Shown here in pieces: positions 47,486 through 57,006 of a stretch of 64,000 nt of DNA (position 1 is its first letter; each line of letters opens with the position of its first letter). This DNA is from Patescibacteria group bacterium. Its GTDB lineage: Bacteria > Patescibacteriota > Minisyncoccia > Phycocordibacterales > PALSA-1337. The stretch is from contig JBBTRA010000005.1 of the NCBI GenBank assembly GCA_038065415.1, positions 8,079-72,078 on the forward strand, in the 5' to 3' direction. The notes below the pieces were generated by a model. The model was not told the DNA's origin and did no database searches. It saw nothing but the letters and a program-made list of their open reading frames with translations. A program made the translations under genes and the position numbers.

Positions 47486-48565
47486 ATGAAAACACACACA
47501 AACTCACAGGTTCGCCACCTCGTGGCATACGTTGGTAACTTCGACACCTCTCCGGGGAAAAAGAAAGGATTCGCGCTCGTGCAGGGAGACCCGCATGAAT
47601 TCGTCCTTACCGCAGAGAGCGGGCCGAAGTTCATCATCGCCGGTAAACAGTCGCCCGCGTTCCACCCGGACCGTCGCGCGACTCGGATTCCGTGCCCAGG
47701 GGATGAGATCATCCTCCGGGTCTCGGGCACAGGCGGTGACCAGAAGGTCATCGCCTGGGGATTCAATGAGTTCTGGCAACAGGCTCAGAAGTTCATCGAC
47801 GCCCAGCCCAAGCCCGCGCCGAAGCTCCATATCAACCACCTCACCGTCTTCCGCATCCTGCGGCAGACCAAAGTGAATGGCAAGATCGTGGGCACCGAAG
47901 GTTCCACGCAGGCCGTCGGCGCGAGCAAGGAAGAGACGGCCTTCACCGGCACGCTCCAGCAGATGCTCGCTGTGTCTCAGCGTGATGGTCTCCGGACTAG
48001 CACGGTGGACAAGTTCGCCCCGACGTATGTCGCTCCCGGCAAGCTCGGTATCATCGTGTACAATCGCTTCCAGGTGCGTGACCACAAAGGCGCATGGATC
48101 GATTGGCGCGACCCGCGGGCATTCCCGCTGGGCACGGTGTACCAGCTGGTCCTGGTCAGGGGCAAGAGTCGCGAGGTGCTCATGACGGGGACGGCTCTCG
48201 AGATCGCCTGGAAGTATCCGCGCGATGAACGGGACCCGCTCCGCAAGTACGCGTCGTCAGGTGGCCACCAGGGGTATGTCGAATGGTTCCGTCGGGAACC
48301 GGACGGCAGGACGACCCGGGAGATCAGTATCGAGACGGGCAAGCCTGTCCAGCAAGGCATCGTTGCCAAGTGGACGGAATGCCGCGATCCTCGTCCTGAC
48401 GAGGTTGCGGCAAAGAAGCCGGTCACGGTCAGGACTGCAACGAGTGCTTCGAGCGCACCGATCGCTCAGAAGGACGTTGCCCAGAAGCCTGCGGCGGCCA
48501 AGCCGTTGCGCACGGTCGTCGCCAACAGCCTCGATAATCTGCACTTGGCGATCGTTCCGCAATAA
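47486..48565 (+). CDS. Hypothetical protein: cold-shock/OB-like N-domain plus two repeats ending W...RDPR
   Basis: V..F...KKGFA, PGDEI, KVIAW; repeats end WIDWRDPR and WTECRDPR. Confidence 0.65.
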   Translation: MKTHTNSQVRHLVAYVGNFDTSPGKKKGFALVQGDPHEFVLTAESGPKFIIAGKQSPAFHPDRRATRIPCPGDEIILRVSGTGGDQKVIAWGFNEFWQQAQKFIDAQPKPAPKLHINHLTVFRILRQTKVNGKIVGTEGSTQAVGASKEETAFTGTLQQMLAVSQRDGLRTSTVDKFAPTYVAPGKLGIIVYNRFQVRDHKGAWIDWRDPRAFPLGTVYQLVLVRGKSREVLMTGTALEIAWKYPRDERDPLRKYASSGGHQGYVEWFRREPDGRTTREISIETGKPVQQGIVAKWTECRDPRPDEVAAKKPVTVRTATSASSAPIAQKDVAQKPAAAKPLRTVVANSLDNLHLAIVPQ

Positions 48566-48583
48566 TCGGAAGTTCAGATTCAC

Positions 48584-48619
48584 AAGCCCAGCCGGCAATC
48601 GGCTGGGCTTCTTCATTTC
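48584..48619 (+). terminator. Intrinsic terminator
   Basis: AAGCCCAGCCG/CGGCTGGGCTT stem followed by a T-rich tail. Confidence 0.75.
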
Positions 48620-48634
48620 TGGTATACTTCCCGC

Positions 48635-50482
48635 ATGACGCAAACGCATGCACTCGATATTTTGAAGACGGGCAAGAATGCTTTCATCACTGGGCCTGCG
48701 GGCTCGGGTAAAACCTACGTAGTCAATCAATATATCCGGTATCTCAAGGATCACGGCGTGCCGCTCGGCATTACCGCCTCGACAGGTATCGCCGCTACTC
48801 ATATGGGAGGAGTTACTATACATTCATGGTCAGGCATCGGTATCAAGGATAGTCTCGGCATCCACGATCTGCAGGAGTTGTCCGAGCGTGCCCAAGTACG
48901 CCGCAAGATCGAAGAAGCAAAAGTTCTCATCATCGATGAGGTATCTATGCTTCATCATTTCCGTCTCGATCTCGTGGATCAAGTGCTCAAACATATCAAG
49001 AAAACAGAAGCACCCTTCGGGGGTATCCAGGTGGTGCTCTGCGGAGATTTTTTTCAACTGCCCCCAGTTTCGCGTATGGGAGAGCCCGCGGCGCGGTTCG
49101 TCTATAACTCCGATTCATGGAAGCGGGGCAATTTCGCTATTTGCTATCTTTCTGAGAACTATCGCCAAGGTGTCGATGAGGCGGTGAATATCCTCAATGA
49201 GATCCGGAGTGGAGAAGTTTCTGAGCAGTCATACGAGCTCCTCATGACGAGGCACGCAGGGAAGCGTGTCAATGAAGAGTGGTCTGAGCCCGTTGTCGGA
49301 GATGCGGCTGACGATCTTTTGAGTGAGAAGGCAGCATCAGCAGATGCTGGCACTGTTGCTCCAGAGATGGAACCGACGCGTCTCTATACGCATAATATAG
49401 ATGTCGATAGCATCAATGAGCGCGAGATCGGCAAGATATCTGGCACAGAGTGTGTCTATGAGATGATCACCAAGGGTAAGAAGCCGCTCATCGAAACGCT
49501 CAAGAAATCCTGTCTCGCCCCGGAAAAACTCCGCCTCAAAAAAGGCGCTCGTGTCATGTGTGTCAAGAATAATTTTGAAGAAGGGTATGTGAACGGTACG
49601 CTTGGCGTGGTCGTCTCGTGTGGCTGGGGTATCGACCCGGTCATCCGCACAGCTTCTACGCCAGATCATCCGGAAGGGAGAGATGTCACTATTAAGACTG
49701 TTGACTGGACTATCGAGGATGATGGCAGGATCATCGCACAGATTACCCAGTATCCGCTTCGTCTGGCATGGGCTATCACGGTACACAAGAGTCAAGGTAT
49801 GTCGCTCGATGCTGTCGAGGTCGACCTGTCAAAATCATTTGAGCCAGGTATGGGGTATGTCGCTCTCTCTCGTGTTCGTACGCTTGCTGGACTCTCCATC
49901 CTCGGCATGAATGACCAAGCGCTTCGTGTGCATCCGGAAGTCCTGGAGCAGGATGCGCGTCTTCGCGATCTTTCTGACAAAGCCGAGAGTATCATAGAGT
50001 ATACTGATAGTACTGAGATCAAAAGGGCTCATGATGAATTTCTAGCGAAGGTAGCGCCTCTCCACTACATGAAGCCGGGAGTTGGAGGTCGGAAGAAAGG
50101 GGTGTTGGGTGGATCCGAGCTCGCGCAGAAAGTTTCGACACTGGAAAGAACGGTTGCCCTTGTTAGGAACGAGAAAACCATCAAAGAGATGGCGGAAGCA
50201 CGAGACATGGTTCCTGAAACGATTATCAGTCATATCGAGAAGCTTATCGAGCTCGGTCCAGAGAGCGGGGGGCTTTCTCAGAGTGACATCGCGTATTTGA
50301 GAAAAGATATCTCCAATCCTCATTTTGCGAAGATAGAGAAAGCGTTGCAAGAAGTTGCTGACAAACAGACAGACGGCAAGCCACCGCTCCTCTCTCCGGT
50401 CAAAGGTAGGATCAAGGGCGCGAGCTCATTCCGTGATATTCAGTTGGCACGGGTACTGCTTGGGTATATCAAGAAGAAATAA
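48635..50482 (+). CDS. PIF1-family helicase with C-terminal helix-turn-helix
   Basis: GPAGSGKT, TASTGIAA, IDEVSM, GDFFQLPPV, LAWAITVHKSQG, YVALSR; C-terminal HTH (MAEAR...TIISH). Confidence 0.92.
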   Translation: MTQTHALDILKTGKNAFITGPAGSGKTYVVNQYIRYLKDHGVPLGITASTGIAATHMGGVTIHSWSGIGIKDSLGIHDLQELSERAQVRRKIEEAKVLIIDEVSMLHHFRLDLVDQVLKHIKKTEAPFGGIQVVLCGDFFQLPPVSRMGEPAARFVYNSDSWKRGNFAICYLSENYRQGVDEAVNILNEIRSGEVSEQSYELLMTRHAGKRVNEEWSEPVVGDAADDLLSEKAASADAGTVAPEMEPTRLYTHNIDVDSINEREIGKISGTECVYEMITKGKKPLIETLKKSCLAPEKLRLKKGARVMCVKNNFEEGYVNGTLGVVVSCGWGIDPVIRTASTPDHPEGRDVTIKTVDWTIEDDGRIIAQITQYPLRLAWAITVHKSQGMSLDAVEVDLSKSFEPGMGYVALSRVRTLAGLSILGMNDQALRVHPEVLEQDARLRDLSDKAESIIEYTDSTEIKRAHDEFLAKVAPLHYMKPGVGGRKKGVLGGSELAQKVSTLERTVALVRNEKTIKEMAEARDMVPETIISHIEKLIELGPESGGLSQSDIAYLRKDISNPHFAKIEKALQEVADKQTDGKPPLLSPVKGRIKGASSFRDIQLARVLLGYIKKK

Positions 50483-50552
50483 AAATCCCCTCAGACACGG
50501 GATGTCTAAGGGGAGATGAAGGGGTTCACTCTCTGCTCAAGGAGCTCAACGG

Positions 50553-50969
50553 TTAAAAGGCCAGCCGCTCTTCGAGACGTTCTCGGTAGAGCTTCCGGAG
50601 TTCTTCCGGTGTGATGGTTTCTGGCGAGAGTCGCCATGTGAGCTTCGGGAACAGGGAGGGCTCTTCGGCCGCCTGCTGATCGATGGTGAGCATGATGCTA
50701 CATCCGCCGATGCTGAGTTCGAATACGTATCCGTTGACATGGTGGCGCAGCTCCTTGCGGAAATGCGTCTTCATTTTGCAGAACCAGTCGTTCACGATGA
50801 ACGTGGTTTCTGAGACTTTGGATTTGACCATCTCGGCCGCTTTGATGAGCGCCTCGACGATAACCTGTTCCAGCTTCTGGTTTTTCAACTTGTGAGGCAA
50901 GTTGTTGCCCAGTGTGCAATCTACGAGCGGTCGTTGCGGGACCGCCGACAGTGCTTTTTTAGTCTTCAT
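50553..50969 (-). CDS. Hypothetical protein
   Basis: ATG 50969 after an A/C-rich leader; TTGACA-17-TAAACT promoter at 51071-51043. Confidence 0.6.
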   Translation of the reverse strand: MKTKKALSAVPQRPLVDCTLGNNLPHKLKNQKLEQVIVEALIKAAEMVKSKVSETTFIVNDWFCKMKTHFRKELRHHVNGYVFELSIGGCSIMLTIDQQAAEEPSLFPKLTWRLSPETITPEELRKLYRERLEERLAF

Positions 50970-51143
50970 ACGATATACGATCTTCTTGTGTTTTGTGTGT
51001 TCTGTGTTTTCTGCAGTACGACGGATACGAATATCCTGAAGGAGTTTACCACTGTATATTTGAGGTGTCAATCATTTGAGATGATTCTGATGAGTATAAA
51101 AAAGCCCCGGATAATCTCCGGGGTGTAAGGGTCGAATACATGG

Positions 51144-51782
51144 TCACGCAGCTCTTCGCATGGACTCTCGCGGCTGAACATCGGGGACCGATGGGCCGCG
51201 CGCCTGGGCGAATTTGATCGGAGAACGGCGGAGGAGGGTGCCGAGGCAGAAGTCTGCGAGCGGCAATACCACGTTGAAGTTCTTCGTCATATAGCGGTGA
51301 TGGAGCAAATGATGACCGTTGATCATCCGGAATACTTGGTACCGCTCGATCAGACGCTGTTTGGGTGCGCGCGGCAGATGCATGCACCAATGCGTGTATT
51401 CATAGGTCGCATAATAGACCGAGAAGGCGCCGAAGATGCCGAACACTGCGGCGGTGGCTGACCCTAATGGTATGAGCCACGAACCGTGGATGAGGTTGAT
51501 CGCGGTGATCGGGATGATCGCCCATAGCAGGGTATTGATGAGGATGAGCACGGGGCCATTCCACCAAGCCATGGGTATGGTCCACTTGTCCTCCTCTTGG
51601 ATGAGGTGGTATGTGTGGTCAGCCTTGAAGGTCTGATGATGAACGACGGCGTGTGCCTTGAAGGCATAGTCGAATTTCCCGAGGGGCCGGTGCATGACGT
51701 ATCGATGCAGGACCCACTCGAAGAAAGACGCTATGCAGATGCCCACGCAAAACGTGAGCCCGAAGATGAGTATCGGATGCAT
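51144..51782 (-). CDS. Fatty acid hydroxylase / sterol desaturase superfamily membrane protein
   Basis: His boxes HRYVMH, HAVVHH, HWCMH, HLLHH and NF..V.PLAD...GT. Confidence 0.85.
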   Translation of the reverse strand: MHPILIFGLTFCVGICIASFFEWVLHRYVMHRPLGKFDYAFKAHAVVHHQTFKADHTYHLIQEEDKWTIPMAWWNGPVLILINTLLWAIIPITAINLIHGSWLIPLGSATAAVFGIFGAFSVYYATYEYTHWCMHLPRAPKQRLIERYQVFRMINGHHLLHHRYMTKNFNVVLPLADFCLGTLLRRSPIKFAQARGPSVPDVQPRESMRRAA

Positions 51783-51841
51783 ATGTTCCTTATGTGTTGA
51801 GTTTTGAAATGACCAAATTCAGGCATAAGTATAGCATGGGG

Positions 51842-51951
51842 TCCCCAGAGGTGTGCGCATGTATTCTGCAATACATCGTTGTGTCGGTACACGAAACTTT
51901 AGGCAACCGTTCTGCGATGTATTGCAGAATACATGCGCACACCTCTGGGGA
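51842..51951. repeat. Perfect 37-bp inverted repeat with 36-bp spacer
   Basis: 51842-51878 is the exact reverse complement of 51915-51951. Confidence 0.95.
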
Positions 51952-52085
51952 TCGTGTATTTTGTAGAATATTGACTTTTTCCACCAAGTAGTTTATAGTA
52001 TATACCTAATAGATTTCTCATTGTTTGCCTCTGTATCGAATATATAGGCCTATCGGTGGGAGTAAGCCCACAGGGCATATATCAT

Positions 52086-53462
52086 ATGTATAACAAGCAT
52101 TCTAGCGGTGCGGGCCATAGTGGCTCGAACCGATCGTTTAGTCATAATAAGCCAGCCGGGCATAGTTCACGCCCAGGAAGTCATTCAGCGCGTCCGGCAA
52201 GTTCTGGCGGTTATCAGGGTCACAATCCTCGTAGCGCCGCGAGCCGCTTCGGCGGTTCTCATGGTCACTCGGGATCTCGCGGTCCGAGCCGCTTCGGTGG
52301 CAATCGTGGCGGGGGTAACCGCGGAGGTGGTTCTCGTGGCGGTAGGGGCGGAGGATTTTCGAAATATATCGACATCAGCAAGTTCGTCAATAAGGCTGTC
52401 ATTACCGAGACGGTCGACAATTTCGTGCCTGATCATGCGTTCGTTGATTTTCACATCGAGGCGCGTCTCAAGGCGAACATTGTCACCAAGGGATATATCA
52501 CCCCAACTCCGATCCAGGACAAGGCCATTCCGCATGTCCTTCGCAACGTAGATCTCGTCGGTATCGCTAACACGGGTACCGGTAAGACTGCAGCATTCCT
52601 CATTCCGCTCATCAACAAGATTCTCCTCAATCCTAAGGAGAAGATCCTCGTCGTCGTTCCTACACGCGAGCTCGCTCAACAGATCGAGGAGGAGCTCAAG
52701 GGGTTCACGAAGAACCTTCCGATCTGGTCTGTCTGTTGTGTCGGAGGTGCGAGCATCGTACCCCAACTCAAGGGTCTCTCACGACAGAATCAGTTCGTCA
52801 TCGGTACACCAGGACGTCTGCGCGATCTCATCGAACGCGGTCGTATCCGTCTTGCCGAGTACAACACGGTTGTTCTCGATGAGGCTGATCGTATGCTTGA
52901 TATGGGATTCATTACTGACATCAAGTTCATGATCGCCGGTATGCCCAAGGTTCGTCAGACACTCTTCTTCTCAGCGACCATGTCGAAGGAGATCGAGGCA
53001 CTCATCGGCCAGTTCCTCACCGATCCAGTCAAGATATCCGTGAAGACTGCTGATACTGCAGCATCTGTAGATCAGGACATTATCCGTGTTCCACCAGGAG
53101 CGAACAAGCTCGACATCCTCGTCGATCATCTCAATCAGCCTGGCTTCACCAAGGTTATTATCTTCGGAAAAACCAAGCATGGTGTGCAGAGGCTCGCTGA
53201 AGATCTCGTCAAACGCAAGATCATGTCAGAGGCTATCCATGGCAACAAGAGCCAGGGCCAGCGCATGCGTGCACTCCGTGCGTTCAAGGAACACTCAGTC
53301 AAAGTACTCGTAGCGACCGATGTGGCCGCTCGCGGTCTCGATATCTCCGGCGTCACGCACGTCATCAACTTTGATATTCCTGCTACCTACGAGGACTACG
53401 TCCATCGTATCGGTCGTACAGGCCGTGCCGGCAAGAAGGGGAAGGCGCTTACGTTCGTGTAA
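52086..53462 (+). CDS. DEAD-box RNA helicase (RhlE-like) with RGG-rich N-terminus
   Basis: Q motif PTPIQ, TGTGKT, PTRELA, TPGR, DEAD, SAT, ARGLD, HRIGRTGR. Confidence 0.97.
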   Translation: MYNKHSSGAGHSGSNRSFSHNKPAGHSSRPGSHSARPASSGGYQGHNPRSAASRFGGSHGHSGSRGPSRFGGNRGGGNRGGGSRGGRGGGFSKYIDISKFVNKAVITETVDNFVPDHAFVDFHIEARLKANIVTKGYITPTPIQDKAIPHVLRNVDLVGIANTGTGKTAAFLIPLINKILLNPKEKILVVVPTRELAQQIEEELKGFTKNLPIWSVCCVGGASIVPQLKGLSRQNQFVIGTPGRLRDLIERGRIRLAEYNTVVLDEADRMLDMGFITDIKFMIAGMPKVRQTLFFSATMSKEIEALIGQFLTDPVKISVKTADTAASVDQDIIRVPPGANKLDILVDHLNQPGFTKVIIFGKTKHGVQRLAEDLVKRKIMSEAIHGNKSQGQRMRALRAFKEHSVKVLVATDVAARGLDISGVTHVINFDIPATYEDYVHRIGRTGRAGKKGKALTFV

Positions 53463-53568
53463 ATCCTAAACTCTAAGTTCTAAATCCTGAACTCTATATG
53501 AGGGTTTAGGATTTTTTGCTATACTGCCCCCACATTACCAAGGGTCGTTTTAACATACATACAAACAT

Positions 53569-53955
53569 ATGGAAATCGCATTCATCATCGGCCGTATCAT
53601 TTTCGGGGGATATTTCCTCAAGAATGCCTACAACCATATCTTCAAGTCGGCCCATCTTGTTGGATATGCTCAGTCCAAGGGGGTCAAATCACCCAAGATA
53701 GCCATCATCGGTTCAGGCATCCTGCTCGCGTTCGGCGGCCTGTCGATGATCCTTGGCGTTTGGACTATCTGGGGAGCGGTGGCACTCATCGCTTTCCTTA
53801 TCCCTGTGTCACTCAAGATGCATGACTTCTGGAAGATTCAGGATCCTATGGCTCGCATGGGCGAGAGGATCTCATTCGAGAAGAACATGGCTTTGGCAGC
53901 AGCGGCCCTCATAACCATGGCCATCTCAACTCCGTGGATATACTCCGCATTCTAG
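53569..53955 (+). CDS. DoxX family membrane protein
   Basis: GRIIFGGYF, HDFW, F.KN.AL. Confidence 0.85.
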   Translation: MEIAFIIGRIIFGGYFLKNAYNHIFKSAHLVGYAQSKGVKSPKIAIIGSGILLAFGGLSMILGVWTIWGAVALIAFLIPVSLKMHDFWKIQDPMARMGERISFEKNMALAAAALITMAISTPWIYSAF

Positions 53956-53973
53956 TTGATTCGGATCGAATAT

Positions 53974-54014
53974 AAAAAAGCGTCTCCTTGCCGGTTGGCG
54001 GAAGGGGACGCTTT
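53974..54014. terminator. Bidirectional intrinsic terminator
   Basis: AAAAGCGTCTCCTT/AAGGGGACGCTTTT stem between convergent genes. Confidence 0.75.
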
Positions 54015-54020
54015 TGCGCG

Positions 54021-54467
54021 TTAGGAGGCGATCTCGACTGGTGCTGGCTGAGTCGGTATCTTGCCGCTCGCACCAAATTCCAAGACGCCGGTCAGGTAAT
54101 CCATGATGACCTCGCAGGCTTCGTTGAATGTTTCGATATCGAGATTTCGGCAGAGCGCGTGAGATAGGTCGACGCCGATACAACGCGCACTCACGAAGTC
54201 ATCGACGTCGTCGTCACCAGCCTTGATTTTCATGGGATACTTTTGGCATGCCATGACGAGCATCGATATAAGTACGAACTTGTAATACCGGAGACGGAAC
54301 TCGGGGTCATGGTCATGACGGGCCAAGAGGTCCATCGTGTACCATGAAGGGTCCCATGCGGAGCCCTGGCCTTTGATGCGGGCGAGGTACTCTTTCTGTT
54401 TTACCTCGATTTGATCAGAGAGTTCCAGGGCTTTTGCCACAGGGAACTCGATGGTTGATATTTCCAT
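54021..54467 (-). CDS. Hypothetical protein
   Basis: ATG 54467 preceded by AGGAG and a TTGACT...TAGTAT promoter. Confidence 0.6.
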   Translation of the reverse strand: MEISTIEFPVAKALELSDQIEVKQKEYLARIKGQGSAWDPSWYTMDLLARHDHDPEFRLRYYKFVLISMLVMACQKYPMKIKAGDDDVDDFVSARCIGVDLSHALCRNLDIETFNEACEVIMDYLTGVLEFGASGKIPTQPAPVEIAS

Positions 54468-54551
54468 AGATCTCCTGTGGTTGTTTCTGGCGATAATACT
54501 ATGCTCATTTGGGATGAAGTCAAGGAATAAAAAATGCGGTATACTTCTTCC

Positions 54552-56180
54552 ATGATCGATCTCAAAAAGCTCAAATCCATCATCCATGGTGATGTTGATG
54601 TTTCAGATGAAGCTCTCCACGCAGCGAGTCATGACGCGAGTGTATTCGAAATCAAGCCTGAAGTAGTTGTCAGGCCCAAGAATGTAGAGGATCTGAAGTC
54701 TCTGGTGAGATTTGCCACTGAGCATCAGGGAGTGTATCTTGCGGCGCGCTCGGGCGGTACCGATATGTCCGGTGGTCCACTCACAACATCAGTCGTTGTC
54801 GATTTTTTGAAATATTTTGATCAGATCAAGAAAATTGGTGAAGGGTACGCAATCACTCAGCCAGGTGTCTACTATCGAGATTTTGACAAAGCTACACTCG
54901 AAAGTGGGTATATCATGCCTAGTTACCCAGCTTCCCGCGAGATATGCACGGTGGGTGGTATGGTGGCGAACAATTCCGGCGGCGAAAAAACACTTACCTA
55001 TGGCAAGACAGAAAGATATGTACGTCGTCTTAGAATGGTCTGTGCTGATGGTAACGAATATGAATTCAAGTCACTTTCAAAAAGTGAGTTAGAGGCAAAA
55101 AAGAAATTGTTAGGATTTGAAGGGGATCTGTATCGTAGGATGAGCGACCTTATTTCAGATAACAAAGATATCATTGAGAAAGCTCGCCCTATCGTTTCCA
55201 AGAATTCCTGCGGCTATTATTTATGGAATGTAAGAGATGTTTCCGGCGAAACCTTTGATCTGACCAAGCTCATCGTTGGTTCACAGGGGACCCTTGGCTT
55301 GATAACTGAGATCGAATTTGGCCTCGTGAAGCCAAAGAAACATGCGCGCCTACTCATCGTATTCCTCAAAGATCTGAAACTTCTTGGTGAGACAGCGACA
55401 CACATCCTGAAATTTAAACCCGAGAGCTTCGAGTCGTATGATGATCATACGTTCAAGATTGCCATCAAATTCTTGCCACAACTCATCAGACAGATGGGAG
55501 GAAACATCTTCAAGCTCGGCCTCGGATTCATTCCTGAAATGTTTGCCGTATTGACGGGCGGTGTTCCCAAGCTGGTTCTCATGGCTGAGTTTACCGCCGA
55601 TACTCCAGAAGAGGCGGTGAAGATGGCTGAAGAAGCCAAGGATTCTCTGAAGGGGTTGCATGAGAAATCTCGCGTCACAGAAACCGCTGAGGATGCCCAC
55701 AAGTATTGGGTCATACGCCGTGAGAGTTTCAACATGCTCCGCCATCATGTGAAGGAACTCCGTACGGCACCATTCATCGACGATTTTGCGGTGCTTCCCG
55801 AGAAGTTGCCCGAGTTTCTTCCGCGTCTGTACTCTATTCTTGATGAATACAAGCTGACGTATACCATCGCAGGACATGTGGGTGATGGTAATTTCCACAT
55901 CATTCCGCTGATGAATCTCCACGATCAACATTCACATGATGTCATAAAGGAGCTCTCGGTTAGAGTGTATGAACTCGTTCACGAGTTCAAGGGGACCATC
56001 ACGGCTGAGCACAACGATGGACTCATCCGCACGCCATTCGTCAAGATGCAATTTGGCGAGGAGGTTTACAAACTTTTTGAGCAGACCAAGAAGATCTGGG
56101 ATCCGCAGGGGATATTCAATCCAGGCAAGAAAGTAGGAACGACCTGGGAACAGGCGGTGGGGAAGATAGCGCACAAATAA
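54552..56180 (+). CDS. FAD-binding oxidoreductase (GlcD/D-lactate dehydrogenase-like)
   Basis: RSGGTDMSG, TVGGMVANNSGG, GSQGTLG, GHVGDGNFH, AEHNDG, FNPGK. Confidence 0.9.
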   Translation: MIDLKKLKSIIHGDVDVSDEALHAASHDASVFEIKPEVVVRPKNVEDLKSLVRFATEHQGVYLAARSGGTDMSGGPLTTSVVVDFLKYFDQIKKIGEGYAITQPGVYYRDFDKATLESGYIMPSYPASREICTVGGMVANNSGGEKTLTYGKTERYVRRLRMVCADGNEYEFKSLSKSELEAKKKLLGFEGDLYRRMSDLISDNKDIIEKARPIVSKNSCGYYLWNVRDVSGETFDLTKLIVGSQGTLGLITEIEFGLVKPKKHARLLIVFLKDLKLLGETATHILKFKPESFESYDDHTFKIAIKFLPQLIRQMGGNIFKLGLGFIPEMFAVLTGGVPKLVLMAEFTADTPEEAVKMAEEAKDSLKGLHEKSRVTETAEDAHKYWVIRRESFNMLRHHVKELRTAPFIDDFAVLPEKLPEFLPRLYSILDEYKLTYTIAGHVGDGNFHIIPLMNLHDQHSHDVIKELSVRVYELVHEFKGTITAEHNDGLIRTPFVKMQFGEEVYKLFEQTKKIWDPQGIFNPGKKVGTTWEQAVGKIAHK

Positions 56181-56189
56181 TCTGCTTGT

Positions 56190-57002
56190 ATGACCGCTGA
56201 TTCCCGCATCTCCGTCAAGAATCTCACCAAGAAATATGGGAAGCTCGCTGCTGTAGACGATGTTTCTTTTGATGTTCCCGCAGGAAGCACCTTTGCTTTT
56301 CTTGGACCAAACGGTGCAGGTAAAACTACGACCATCAAGATGCTCACGACACTGGTTCCTCCGACATCTGGCACTATCATGGTGAACGGATTTGATCCCG
56401 CTATAGATTCTCATGGTGTGCGCCGCTCATTCGGCATCGTCTTTCAGGATCCTTCACTCGACGACGAACTCACTGCCTATGAGAATATGTTCTTCCATGC
56501 GGGTCTCTATGGTGTGCCGCGTGTCGAGACACCGGGAAGGATTAAGGAGATGCTCGAATTCGTCGAGCTCTGGGATCGTAAAGACAGTCAGACCAAGACT
56601 TTTTCGGGAGGAATGAAACGCCGCCTCGAGATTGCTCGTGGACTGCTTCATACGCCGAGCGTTCTGTTTCTCGATGAGCCGACCGTAGGTCTCGATCCAC
56701 AAACGCGCAACCATATCTGGTCCTATATCAAGAAGCTCAATACTGAGCGCGGTCTCACGGTTTTCTTCACCACCCACTATATGGAGGAGGTCGAGAAGAC
56801 AGCTGATCGTGTGGCAATCATCGATCATGGCAAGCTCGTAGCTATAGACACTGTTGAAGGGATCATCACTCAGGCGGGCACAACTTCTCTTGAAGAAGCC
56901 TTCATCAAGCTCACTGGACACACTATCCGAAGCGATGAGGCCAGCTCGGCTGAGAATTTCCGCCAAATGAGTAAGGTGTGGCGTGGTGCATCTCGACGAT
57001 AA
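56190..57002 (+). CDS. ABC-2 exporter ATP-binding subunit (DrrA-like)
   Basis: GPNGAGKTT, FSGGMKRRLEIAR, LDEPT.GLD, TTHYMEE. Confidence 0.93.
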   Translation: MTADSRISVKNLTKKYGKLAAVDDVSFDVPAGSTFAFLGPNGAGKTTTIKMLTTLVPPTSGTIMVNGFDPAIDSHGVRRSFGIVFQDPSLDDELTAYENMFFHAGLYGVPRVETPGRIKEMLEFVELWDRKDSQTKTFSGGMKRRLEIARGLLHTPSVLFLDEPTVGLDPQTRNHIWSYIKKLNTERGLTVFFTTHYMEEVEKTADRVAIIDHGKLVAIDTVEGIITQAGTTSLEEAFIKLTGHTIRSDEASSAENFRQMSKVWRGASRR

Positions 57003-57006
57003 TTTT

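Noticed and set aside
51842-51951. CRISPR array interpretation of the 37-bp repeats
   Set aside because: Only two copies, inverted rather than direct, and no cas genes in the window.
53461-53517. Tandem AAATCCT(A/G)AACTCTA repeat after the DEAD-box gene
   Set aside because: Explained as a duplicated arm of an ordinary intrinsic terminator.
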